Part shown: in pieces, positions 48,099 through 60,423 of the stretch
Layout of the letters: the number at the start of each line of letters is the position of its first letter
Numbering within the stretch: the stretch's first letter is position 1
From: Planktothrix sp. GU0601_MAG3
GTDB taxonomy: Bacteria; Cyanobacteriota; Cyanobacteriia; Cyanobacteriales; Microcoleaceae
Assembly (NCBI GenBank): GCA_035193785.1
Contig: CP136572.1
Span: 3,220,578-3,284,577 of the forward strand
Direction of reading: 5' to 3'
Length of the DNA: 64,000 bases
Position numbers and translations under genes: made by a program
The notes under the pieces: generated by a model
Told to the model about the DNA's origin: nothing
The model's input: the letters and a program-made list of their open reading frames with translations, nothing else
Databases searched by the model: none

Positions 48099-50235
48099 TT
48101 ATTTCTTTTTGATGACTAATAAAGTAATATCATCCAATTGTTTTTGTTCACCCATAAATAATTTTACATCCTCAATCACAGCATTTTTAATTTTTTCTGC
48201 TTCCCGATGCCAATTTTGACTAATAATGCTACACAGTTTTTCTAGTCCATAGAATTTTTTCTGCATATTTTTAGCTTCGGTAATGCCGTCGGTATATAAA
48301 ACTACTCCATCCCCAGAATTTAAGGTAATTAAAGTATGACTAATAAACTCAGAAATATCTTCATCTAATCCGATAGGTAGCCCTAAATCCATTGTACTAA
48401 TTCGTTCAATATTTCCTCCTTGACGTACAATTAGGACTTCCTCATGTTGTCCACTAATACTCAATATATTTTCAGAATAATTTAAAATTGCTAAGGTTAA
48501 ATTTTTATCAGAATTCATTCGTTGAATATTATAATAAATCATGCGATTTAAAGTATTCAAGAATCTGACGGGATTCTGTTCTTGTACTTCCTTTAATGTC
48601 CGAACTGCGGCTTGAATCATCACCATTAAAATTCCGCTTTCTAGTCCGTGACCCGTGACATCTCCAATCCCAATTGTCACAACTCCATGAGTAGTTAAAA
48701 TATCATAATAATCGCCCCCAACTTCATCAGCAGGTTCCATATATCCGACAATATCTAAATCTTGAATTTCCGCTAATTCCTGGGGTCTGGGAAGAATTAA
48801 TTGCTGCATTTCCCGGAGGATATCAAGTTCTGCACCCATGCGTAAATTTTCGCTTTCGAGTCGAGTATTTAAGCTACTAATTTCTTGATTAGCTTCCGCC
48901 AGTTGTCCGGTACGTTGTTTGACTTTTTCTTCTAAGGTATCAAAAGACTCTTTCAATTGTCCCGCCATCCAATTAAAAGAATTTGCTAAGGTTTCTAATT
49001 CTTTAATTCCTCCGATTTTAACTTTTTGATTTAATTCTCCTTCTGCTAGTTTATGGGAGACTTGATTGAGTTTTAAAATCGGTTTTGTAATCCAACGGGC
49101 GGTTAAAATTCCGATTCCCGTAGCCCATCCCAAGGCAATTAAACACAACCCAATAGTAATTTGAGTATTGCGTTTAATTTCCGTCATAAAATCCGATTCT
49201 GGAACCACAACCACAACTAACCAATTAATTCCCCGTCCGTCTTTAATCGGTAAAATTTGAGCATAATACCAGCCACTATTTTGTTGAAATTTAACCTGTT
49301 CACTATTTTGAATAGCCATAAAACTACCAAACTTTTTCAGCAAGGCATTAGCCGTATTCCGAATAGTAATATCTTCACTTTGATTAGCGGGAAAACGTTC
49401 AATTTTCGCTTCCTCTCCCTTTCCCTGAATTTTAAAGGGTTTTTTAATCTTAGAAACTAACAACCAAATCGCCAGAACGTTCAATAATAAAACTTTGTCC
49501 ATTAGGACTAATATAAAGATTTTTTAAAAAATTTGTAATTCTTAATAAAGTAATATTAATACACAGAACTCCTTGGAGATTTCTATTCTGATCAAATACT
49601 GGCCAAACCGCCGACATTCCCAATCCCGTATCCGTATTTTGACGAGAAAAGAAGGGATAAATAGAACTCCAGGTTGGTTTTTGAGCCTGTTTTGCCGTTT
49701 GATACCAAGGACGTTTACGGGGATCATATTCGGCTTGTTTTAATAATTCCGCCCGGTTTCCCAATTGATCTAAACGATAAACTTCACGGATCGGTTCAGT
49801 TTCCCAGGTACGAATTTTTAGTTGAACTTGATTATTTTCTAAATGTTCAACCCCAATAAATTCCCCCTGTTCGTTTCCGTAGGAAAGATAACTTTCTAAA
49901 TCTCCCTCGGCCACCACATTCCAAAAATACTGTTTTAACCCTTCAAAATTATTCAGATCTAATGTTCCGGCTGCGACGCTATCTTGTGTAATTCGGAGAA
50001 CCTGAAAGGATTTATTAAAATATTCTAAAACATGATTTTCAATCCGAATACTCAGACTTTGAATTAACTGTTGGGCTAAATTTTCCACGGCCTGTTGACC
50101 ATTCCTAAAGGAAAAATAACCAACTAATCCTACGGCGACTGTAATTTGTAAAACAAACGGAAAAACCAAAGCCGTTTTTAATCGGATTTTGCCGAAAGGT
50201 CGAAACCAAGAAAAGATTTTGCCAGGGTAATTCAT
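48099..50235 (-). CDS. Membrane dCache-HAMP-SpoIIE (PP2C) phosphatase, copy 2 (apparent frameshift at 49453-49457)
   Basis: YDPRKRPWY Cache motif, HAMP, EVGGDYYD, GDVTGHGLESG, LYTDGITEA, DDITLLV. Confidence 0.88.
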
Positions 50236-50349
50236 ATACTTATCAGGTGCTGGGTGTCGGGTGTCTGGTATAACGTCGCGAAACCAACAAATTCCCAGGG
50301 GAAAACCGGAGTATACTAGAATCGTGAAACGTTTTTGAATGATTTCTGT

Positions 50350-50788
50350 GTGGAACTCTCTTCTAAAAGTCAGTATGCCCTGCTCGCCCTGATGGAGTTG
50401 GCAACTCACTATGATAACCCTGAACCTAGACAAGTGCGGCAAATTTCAGCCCAGCATAACATTCCTGATCGCTATCTGGAACAATTGCTGGCAACTTTGC
50501 GGCGCAGTGGTATTGTTCGCAGTCAACGAGGCTCTAAAGGTGGATATTATCTAGGGAAGGAAACCCGGGAAAATTACTCTGTTTGACGTGGTGAACTGCC
50601 TAGAGGGAGCAGATCCCGAAGCGTCTCCTCAGAATTCCTGCCCTAATACCGTTGAAGGTACGGTGATCTGGGAATTTTGGCAGGAAGCAGAGCAAATGGC
50701 GAATTCCGTATTACAAAAATACAGCTTGAAAGACCTATGTGAACAAAGAGATGCCCGACAGCAGAAGGATATCATGTATTACATCTAA
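50350..50788 (+). CDS. Rrf2-family transcriptional regulator, CymR-like by context (apparent frameshift at 50560-50564)
   Basis: ELSSKSQYALLALMELA, IPDRYLEQLL, SQRGSKGGY; directly upstream of cysK. Confidence 0.88.
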
Positions 50789-50849
50789 AAAGTTTAGGGA
50801 TGAGTTCCTCAAATAATTTGTATCAATGTTGTTTATCTTCTCGTCAATT

Positions 50850-51785
50850 ATGCGTATCGCCCATAACATCACGGAATTGGTCGGTCACACCCCCCTAGTC
50901 CAACTCAACCGGATTCCCAAGGCAGAAGGGTGTGTGGCTCAAATTGTGGTCAAATTAGAAGGCATGAACCCCGCCGCTTCGGTAAAGGATCGGATTGGGG
51001 TGAATATGATTAATGTCGCCGAAAAGGAAGGACTGATCACCCCGGGGAAGACCGTATTAGTCGAACCCACATCGGGGAATACGGGAATTGCTTTGGCGAT
51101 GGTGGCCGCCGCTAGGGGCTATCGTTTAATTTTAACCATGCCCGAAACCATGAGTTCAGAACGGCGGGCGATGTTAAAGGCCTATGGAGCCCAATTGGAA
51201 CTTACCCCGGGAATTGAGGGGATGAGTGGCTGTATTCGCCGGGCGCAGGAAATTGTGGATACCGTCCCCGATGCCTATATGTTGCAACAATTTCAGAATC
51301 CAGCTAACCCCCAAATTCACCGCAAAACCACGGCTGAGGAAATTTGGGCCGATACCGATGGATCTGTAGATATTTTAATCTCTGGAGTGGGAACCGGGGG
51401 AACTTTAACCGGGGTGGCGGAAGTCCTGAAACAGCGCAAACCGGATTTTCAGGCGATCGCCGTCGAACCCGCCAATAGTCCAATTTTATCCGGGGGTAAA
51501 CCTGGCCCCCATAAAATTCAGGGGATTGGGGCGGGGTTCGTGCCTCCGGTTTTGAATGTGGATGTGATTGATGAGGTAATTCAAGTTACGGATGAAAACG
51601 CCATGATTTTTGGCCGTCGGATTGCCCGGGAAGAAGGGATTTTATCAGGAATTTCCACCGGGGCGGCGTTATATGCGGCGATTCAAGTGGGCAAACGTCC
51701 TGAAAATAAAGGCAAACTGATTGTGATGATTCAACCGAGTTTTGGTGAACGTTATTTGAGTACACCGTTATTTCAAGAGGGTTGA
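50850..51785 (+). CDS. cysK: Cysteine synthase A
   Basis: [10 protein letters not shown] (PLP lysine), [32 protein letters not shown]. Confidence 0.96.
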   Translation: MRIAHNITELVGHTPLVQLNRIPKAEGCVAQIVVKLEGMNPAASVKDRIGVNMINVAEKEGLITPGKTVLVEPTSGNTGIALAMVAAARGYRLILTMPETMSSERRAMLKAYGAQLELTPGIEGMSGCIRRAQEIVDTVPDAYMLQQFQNPANPQIHRKTTAEEIWADTDGSVDILISGVGTGGTLTGVAEVLKQRKPDFQAIAVEPANSPILSGGKPGPHKIQGIGAGFVPPVLNVDVIDEVIQVTDENAMIFGRRIAREEGILSGISTGAALYAAIQVGKRPENKGKLIVMIQPSFGERYLSTPLFQEG

Positions 51786-51899
51786 CGGTTGATTGTTGAG
51801 AAATATGAACGAAAATCGTTAGAATTGATCTAGTGACAGAATCACGTCCCGAACTTTAGGGCTGATTCTGTTCCCGATCAACCCGCACCTGCACCTGTT

Positions 51900-53567
51900 A
51901 TGTTAACTGGCCCAAAAGAGGAAATTGCTCAACGCAATGGGGAGATAAAACATCCCGTTCAGTTCTCGGAAGTTCCCCAAAGGCGATGGAAACCTTGGAT
52001 GGTGGCAATTTTGGCTACGGGACTATTGGCTATTCTGGCAACGGTTTATGTGGCCCGGAGTCGGACTCAAATTGACCCCGATGCGATCACTGCTCTGACG
52101 GTTCCGGTGGAAGCCAAGGATTTAACTGTGAAAATCACCGCCAGTGGTGTGATTCAACCTGTGCGCCGGGTTAACCTCAGCCCCAAAACCCAAGGGCGGT
52201 TAGCACAATTGTATGTGGAACAGGGGGATATTGTCCAAGCTGGTGATATTGTGGCGCGGATGGAAAGTGGGGAAATTGAGGCCCAACTATTCCAAGCCCA
52301 AGCCCGTTTGGATCGGGTGAAAGCTAATTTAGACAAGCTGCAAACCGGAACCCGACCGGAGGAAATCGATCAAGCTCAAGCTCGTTTAAATCAGACAAAG
52401 GCTAATTTATCCCAACTGCGATCGGGGAGTCGTCCCGAAGAAATAGCCCAAAGTGAAGCTCGATTAAGAGAGGCGGAATCTCGCTTGAGAGATGCCCAGT
52501 CAGGAAGTTTGAATGATGAAATTGATCAAGCAAAAGCTCGAATTGATGCCAACAAAGCCGAATTAAAACTGGCGACGGAACGGGTACAACGCTATCAAGA
52601 TTTAAAGGGAGAAGGGGCAATTTCCCAGGATCGATTAGATGAATATTTCCGCGATCAACGACGATTAGAAGCCTTACAAAATGAAGCGGGAAAACGCTTA
52701 GAACAATTACAACAAAGTCAGCGATCGCAAATTCAACAACGGCAAGCCAATGTGGAACAGGAACGTCAAGCCTTAAATCAACTAAAAAATGGCACTCGTT
52801 CCGAAGAAATTGCCCGTTCAGAAGCTGAAGTTGCCGAAGCCGAAAGTAAATTAAATCAGTTAAAAAATGGCACTCGTTCAGAAGAAATTACCGCGGCTAA
52901 AGCGGAAGTTGATGAAGCCCAAGGACAGGTGAAATTTTATCAAGTGCAACTGGAAGATACCAAAGTTCGCGCTCCGTTTTCGGGAATTATTACCCAACGT
53001 TATGCCGTGGAAGGCGCCTTTGTTACCCCGGCAACTTCTGCTTCTGAAGCCAGTTCTGCCACTTCCACTTCCATTGTAGCCTTAGCCAAAGATTTAGAAG
53101 TTTTAGCGAAAATTCCCGAGGCGGATATTTCTCAAATTAAACCGAATCAACCCGTTGAAATTATTGCCGACTCCTATCCCGATCAGGTGTTTAAAGGTCG
53201 AGTTAATATTATTGCACCCGAAGCGGTAAAAGAACGGGATGTCACCTTATTTCAAGCTCGAATTATTATCGAAACCGGAAAGGATAAACTTCAGTCGGGA
53301 ATGAATGTGGATTTACGTTTTATTGGGGAAAAACTCAAACAGGCGTTAGTGGTTCCCACCGTGGCTATTGTTACTAATAAAGGTCAATCGGGGGTTTTAC
53401 TTCCTGATGCTAATAATAAACCCCAATTCCACCCCGTTACCGTGGGTTCTCAAATCGGGAATCAAATTCAGGTTTTAAAAGGTTTACAAACCGGAGATCG
53501 GGTGTTTATTGAGTTACCCAAGGGACAAAAATTAGATGCTATTTTTAAGGAGAAAATAGATGAATAA
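51900..53567 (+). CDS. Efflux periplasmic adaptor (HlyD/RND membrane fusion protein) with long coiled coil
   Basis: N-terminal TM, lipoyl-like halves (LYVEQGDIV, VRAPFSGII), repeated G.R.EEI helices, LQSGMNV. Confidence 0.9.
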   Translation: MLTGPKEEIAQRNGEIKHPVQFSEVPQRRWKPWMVAILATGLLAILATVYVARSRTQIDPDAITALTVPVEAKDLTVKITASGVIQPVRRVNLSPKTQGRLAQLYVEQGDIVQAGDIVARMESGEIEAQLFQAQARLDRVKANLDKLQTGTRPEEIDQAQARLNQTKANLSQLRSGSRPEEIAQSEARLREAESRLRDAQSGSLNDEIDQAKARIDANKAELKLATERVQRYQDLKGEGAISQDRLDEYFRDQRRLEALQNEAGKRLEQLQQSQRSQIQQRQANVEQERQALNQLKNGTRSEEIARSEAEVAEAESKLNQLKNGTRSEEITAAKAEVDEAQGQVKFYQVQLEDTKVRAPFSGIITQRYAVEGAFVTPATSASEASSATSTSIVALAKDLEVLAKIPEADISQIKPNQPVEIIADSYPDQVFKGRVNIIAPEAVKERDVTLFQARIIIETGKDKLQSGMNVDLRFIGEKLKQALVVPTVAIVTNKGQSGVLLPDANNKPQFHPVTVGSQIGNQIQVLKGLQTGDRVFIELPKGQKLDAIFKEKIDE

Positions 53568-53570
53568 TCC

Positions 53571-56500
53571 CTAGGGGCGGGATGGACATAATATTTGATC
53601 CTCGGGACTCAGTTGGGAATTGGTTTTTAAATAATCCTTTATCCAGTCACAAGCATAGGCGAATTCATTCAAGTTTAAAACTTGATCTAAATTCCATAAC
53701 ATCACGGTTTTATCTTCACTCACGGAAGCCAGAGTTTGACCATCGGGACTAAATTTAACATTATAAACTTCACCATTATGACCATTTAAAGTTTTAATTA
53801 AAGTACCATCGAGTTTCCAAAGTTTAATGGTTTTATCCTGACTGGCTGATGCTAATAATTTTTGGTCAGGACTGAAGGCGACGGCCATCACGTTGGCGGT
53901 GTGTCCCTTGAGGGTATTTTCATAAATAAAGGATTGAGTCCTAGGGCTCCAACGCCATAATTTTATGGTTTCGTCTCGACTGGCGGAGGCTAAAATCTGT
54001 CCATCGGGACTCAAAGCCAGTCCCCAAATCCCATCTTGATGACCAGTTAATGTTTGTAACAGTTGACCGTTGAATTTCCAGAGTTTGATTGTATTATCAT
54101 TGGAACTGGAAGCAATCCATTTACCCTCTGGCTGAATAGCAATACTCCAAACCTGACCCCGATGGCCGTTAAAGGTTTGACGAAGTTTGCCATCAATACC
54201 CCAAATTCTAGCGGTTTTATCCCAACTTCCAGAAACAATTGATTGATTATCGGGAGTAAACTTTACGCCCCAAACCCCCCAATTATGTCGCAATGGCGTT
54301 TTATTGGGCTGGGGGGCAAACAGTCCCTGGGCAGTTTTTTTCCAAAGTTTAATCATGCCATCATCGGAGGTTGAAGCTAACCAATGACCATCGGAACTAA
54401 ATTCTACCTGATTCACCCGCCACTGATGTCCAGTTAGGGTTTGCAATAATCGCCCTTTCTTTGTCCAGAGTTTAATGGTTTTATCCAGGGAAGATGAAGC
54501 AATAGTTTGACCATCGGGACTAAAGGCGATGCCCCAAACCGTATCTTGATGTCCTATCAAGGGCATGACCAAAGAATATCTGGTTTTGGAGAGTTTAACG
54601 CTTTTATCCCAACTGGCGGAGGCAATAGTTTGACCATCGGGACTGAAGGCAACATCACTCACTTCTGCCTGATGTTGCCAGAGTGTTTTATAGGGTTTAT
54701 ACGAGAAATTTGTTGGATCTTGACGCCAGATTTGGATTTGTTTATTGCGAATTGCCGCTGCTAATAATTTGCCCTTTTGACCAAACGTCACACTCCATAC
54801 TTCATCCTCAAAGGGGCCGAAGGTATGGATTAACTCCCCCTCCCGACTCCACAATTTAACCGTTTTATCCCGACTGGCGGAGGCTAGGGTTTGACTATCG
54901 GGACTCCAGGCCACGACAATCACTTCCGCCTGATGTCCGGTGAGGGTTTTCAATAGTGTGCCATCGGCATTCCAGATTTTAACCGTTTTATCAGCACTCC
55001 CAGAGGCAAATCTCTGACCATCGGGACTAAAGACAACGGTTTTAATTTTGTCAGGATGGGCGGCGATGGTTTTTAGGAGTTTCCCCCCTATTGTCCATAA
55101 TTTGATGGTTTGATCAAAACTCGAAGAAATCAGTTTATCCTCAGTCGGACTGAAACTCACCGCCATCACCGATTCCTGATGTCCGGTCAGGGTTTCTTAA
55201 GTAGGTGCCATTGGTGTTCCAGAGTTTTATGGTTTTGTCGTTACTAGCTGAGGCTAGAAGGGGCTGACGGGGACTAAAGGCGACGCTGGTAATTCCATCC
55301 TGGTGTCTGGCTAGGGTTTTCCAAAGTGTGCCATCTGGTTTCCACAGTTTAATGGTTTTATCCTGACTCCCAGAGGCAATTAAATCTCCTGTGGGGCTAA
55401 ATTTTACCGTATGAATAATGCTGGTGTGCCCCAATAGTTGATTATATTCTTGAATCCCATAAACGGCTTTTTGTAATGTCAATTTTACAGTCTGGCGAGT
55501 TTTTGTATCCACATCCGATAGGGTTTGCAATTGTCGATGGGCTTTCATGGATTGAATTAAGGCTTCAAACCTTTGATTTAAAGCAAATAAAGACTCAGCA
55601 GATTGATTGAGAGCTTTAACTTCGTTGGTTTTTGCCTGGTGTTCATTCACCCTGGCTTGATGATATTGAAACCAACTAATTCCACTTAATACTATCGCAA
55701 TTACTAAGGCACTACTAACAGATATAAGTAAAAATCTTTGCAGTTTTGCGGTCTTTTTTTCTTGGGTAAGTCGGGCTTCTACTTCCCGCATTCTGGCGGC
55801 TTCTAATGCTTGTTGAACTTCTTGCCGATCTAATTCTTCACTTTTAGCTAAAAATTGATAATCTAAATCACTAATACTGCGACCACTTGACCAGTTTTGG
55901 GCTTCTTTTAATGCCTGTCCCCGTAATAGTCGAGAGGTATCTTTTTGGTTAGATTCTACCCAAGCATCAAAGGCTTGAGAATAGGGCCGCAGATCACTCA
56001 ATTGTTGGTTAACCCAATCTAAATCAAAGACTTCTTGATAAATTCGATTTTTCACCCGCATAAACCCATTCTGTTTAATGACTAAACCGGATAATATTAG
56101 TTCCGATTGTTCGTTACTATCATCGGTTAAAACTTCTGAATTTTGCAAAATATCTTGATAGATTCCTAGAATTCTGCCGATGTGATCGGGGTTATTTTGA
56201 ATGCGGTTACGAATAGTTCTTAAATGTTCCGGTTCATCTTGGGATTCCCATTTATAAATAATATGCGATCGCACTAAGGATTCCACCCAAAATCCTTCGG
56301 TTCCCGGGGGAACAATTAATATTTTGTTAACTTTTTCTTGGGTAAAATTTAGCACTAATTGACATAATTTTTGCGTTAAAAAAGGTTGTCCTTCCGTCCA
56401 AGCAATAATTTCTCCCATGATGGCTTGGGCATTAGTAATTTTTGCTTCTAAACCTTCAATTAAGGGTTGAACTTCATTCAGGGTAAACCCTGATAATTCA

Positions 56501-57114
56501 ATGGCTTTTCCGATATTAAAGGGGGTGCGAGTGCGATCGGAAATTAAAGCCGAAGGGGTAGCAACCCCAAATAAGGCAAAGCTAATCCGGTTGTATTCAG
56601 GATTAATTGCCCGTTGATTATAACAAAAACGAATTAATGCAAAAAAATCATCTACTTTAAAATTTAAACTTAAAATACTATCAATTTCATCGACAAAAAT
56701 AATTAATTTTTGATTAGGAAATTCCACTAATAAAATATCTTCTATAAAATTACTCAGACGTTGAATAACAGAAACTTCTGATTCCTCTTTCCACCAATTT
56801 TTTAAATTAAATTTACCTAAAAGATTAAATCCTCGCCATAACTCAGTGACTATTCCTTTATACCATTGTTGTTCCGTCACCATTTCGCTACCAATGCGAG
56901 TCATGTCTAAAGTCGCACATTGAAACCCTTCTTGTTGTAAACGATAACGAGTTTTAACTAACAGGGAAGATTTCCCCATTTGTCGAGAATTTAAAACATA
57001 ACAAAAATGCCCCTGTTGTAATTGAGAATACAGATCGGAATCCGCTTTTCTAACTACATAAGTCGGAGCATCTTGAGCTAAACTTCCTCCAATTTGATAG
57101 GCAGAATTAGTCAT
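53571..57114 (-). CDS. AAA-like (AAA_35) NTPase with TM segment and ~14 WD40 repeats (apparent frameshift at 55192-55196)
   Basis: YQIGGSL...YVVRKAD, SRQMGKSSL, IFVDEID, GQPFLTQKLC; many GH...FSPDG...SAS.DKT.KLW repeats. Confidence 0.9.
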
Positions 57115-57126
57115 GTCGTTTTCAAA

Positions 57127-57617
57127 GTATTCGGCGAATATAATTCGCTACTACAGAAACCAAGTCCACCTGCGTGGACTCATCTAAAATTGTGGTCTTG
57201 AAACCCACGAAGGTGGGTTTTGTCCGTGTAGGTATTCGGCGAATATAATTCGCTACTACAGAAACCAAGTCCACCTGCGTGGACTCATCTAAAATTTAAC
57301 CCACGAAGGTGGGTTTTGTCCGTGTAGCCGCGATTTCTAATCGCCGGGGATCGGGGATGGTATTCGGCGAATATAATTCGCTACTACAGAAACCAAGTCC
57401 ACCTGCGTGGACTTAATCTACAATTGCAGTCTTGAACCCACGAAGGTGGGTTTTGTCCGTGTAGCCGCGATTTCTAATCGCCGGGGATCGGGGGATGGTA
57501 TTCGGCGAATATAATTCTCCACCACACAAAATGAGTCCACGCAGGTGGACTCATCTAAAATTCAACCCACGAAGGTGGGTTTTGTCTGTGTAGCCGCGAT
57601 TTCTAATCGCCGGGGAT
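57127..57617. repeat. Tandem array of four ~105-140 bp REP-doublet (REPIN/BIME-like) units
   Basis: Units start GTATTCGGCGAATATAATTC at 57127, 57232, 57360 and 57498. Each has hairpins AGTCCAC-N4-GTGGACT and AACCCAC-GAAG-GTGGGTT. Confidence 0.9.
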
Positions 57618-57620
57618 AGG

Positions 57621-59321
<1,701 letters not shown>

Positions 59322-59344
59322 TCATTAATCACCAATAAGCCACT

Positions 59345-59371
59345 TTAGCACTCAAGGGTTTCGAGTGCTAG
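59345..59371 (-). promoter_or_regulatory. CIRCE element (HrcA operator) upstream of groEL2
   Basis: TTAGCACTC-AAGGGTTTC-GAGTGCTAG, one mismatch to TTAGCACTC-N9-GAGTGCTAA. Confidence 0.93.
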
Positions 59372-59513
59372 TTCGGAAATCCGTCATTATCGGTAAGTCG
59401 GGTCAATTTGAATCTGTCTCTGTTCGGTTGCTGATTGAAAAAGGCAAGTTTAAAAGATATTAAAATGGGTTCTATAATCAGTAGAGCGAGTTTTTTGGAG
59501 GTCTACTAATTTT

Positions 59514-59915
59514 TTGAATAGACAGGATTTACAGGAATTAGCACTTACTCGACTTCAAGACGCAAAAGTGCTTTTAGACAATCATCAATATTCCGGTGCT
59601 TACTATCTGAGTGGTTATGTTATTGAATGTGCTTTAAAGGCTTGTATTGCCAAAAAAACTCAGCAATATGATTTTCCTGACCTGAAAAGTGTGAGGAAAA
59701 TTTACACCCATGATTTAGAAGATCTGGCGGAACTTGCTGGGTATAATATTCTTGACCAATTAAAGTCAACCTATAAAGCTCAATGGTTAATAATTAAAGT
59801 ATGGTCGGAAGAAAGTCGTTATCAAACACATAACCAAAAAGAAGCCCGCGATATTTACTTAGCAATTACCGATCCCAATCACGGAGTTTTACAATGGCTA
59901 CAGCAACATTGGTAA
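59514..59915 (+). CDS. HEPN-domain protein
   Basis: AYYLSGYVIECALKA, YTHDLEDL, WSEESRY motifs; TTG start with GGAGG upstream. Confidence 0.8.
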   Translation: MNRQDLQELALTRLQDAKVLLDNHQYSGAYYLSGYVIECALKACIAKKTQQYDFPDLKSVRKIYTHDLEDLAELAGYNILDQLKSTYKAQWLIIKVWSEESRYQTHNQKEARDIYLAITDPNHGVLQWLQQHW

Positions 59916-60314
59916 ATCAAGAGATAGAAGAAGGCCAAAGATTAATAGATGCTCTCAAGGTCAACGGTGTATCAGTTCATTCGGCTTTGTGGCTGTATGC
60001 AACAGAAACCGGAAACATGGCATCTGATGTTTGCTTTACCTCTCTATGATGATGAAGGGCCTCTTAAAACTTATGAGAATATCCTATCAGTTTTTCACCA
60101 AGTCAAACCTGACTTAAAAATTGATTGGACAGCAATTGTCGCTGTTAGTCCTAACGATGAATTAATTCAGGGTTTAAGTCAAGATCAACAACATTGGAAT
60201 ATCAACTTGTCAGGGAAACGCATGACCAATAGTATAGTTAATCGAATGTTGGTTGAAGATGCTTACATTTATCAAATTGGCGAGAATTTACAACTCGGAA
60301 TCTTACCAAAATAG
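59894..60314 (+). CDS. Hypothetical partner of the HEPN protein (apparent frameshift at 60005-60016)
   Basis: ATG 59894 overlaps the HEPN gene end. MATATLVNQEIEEGQRLIDALKVNGVSVHSALWLY joins TWHLMFALPLYDDEGP...VEDAYIY. Confidence 0.7.
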
Positions 60315-60335
60315 GGTAGAACATAGCTGAATTAA

Positions 60336-60378
60336 GTAGTGAGGCGTTCACGCCTCAGAGTCCTAAAGGACTCACTAC
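60336..60378. repeat. REP-like composite palindrome GTAGTGAG-GCGTTCACGCCTCA-GAGTCCTAAAGGACTC-ACTAC
   Basis: GTAG...CTAC termini with two internal hairpins. Confidence 0.65.
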
Positions 60379-60423
60379 AAGTGTTAAAATTTTTAATATT
60401 GTCAAAAATGAGATAATCAAAAT

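Noticed and set aside
57127..57617. CRISPR array
   Set aside because: Units exceed 100 bp and are nearly all repeat, spacers are short and related to each other, and no cas genes are nearby.
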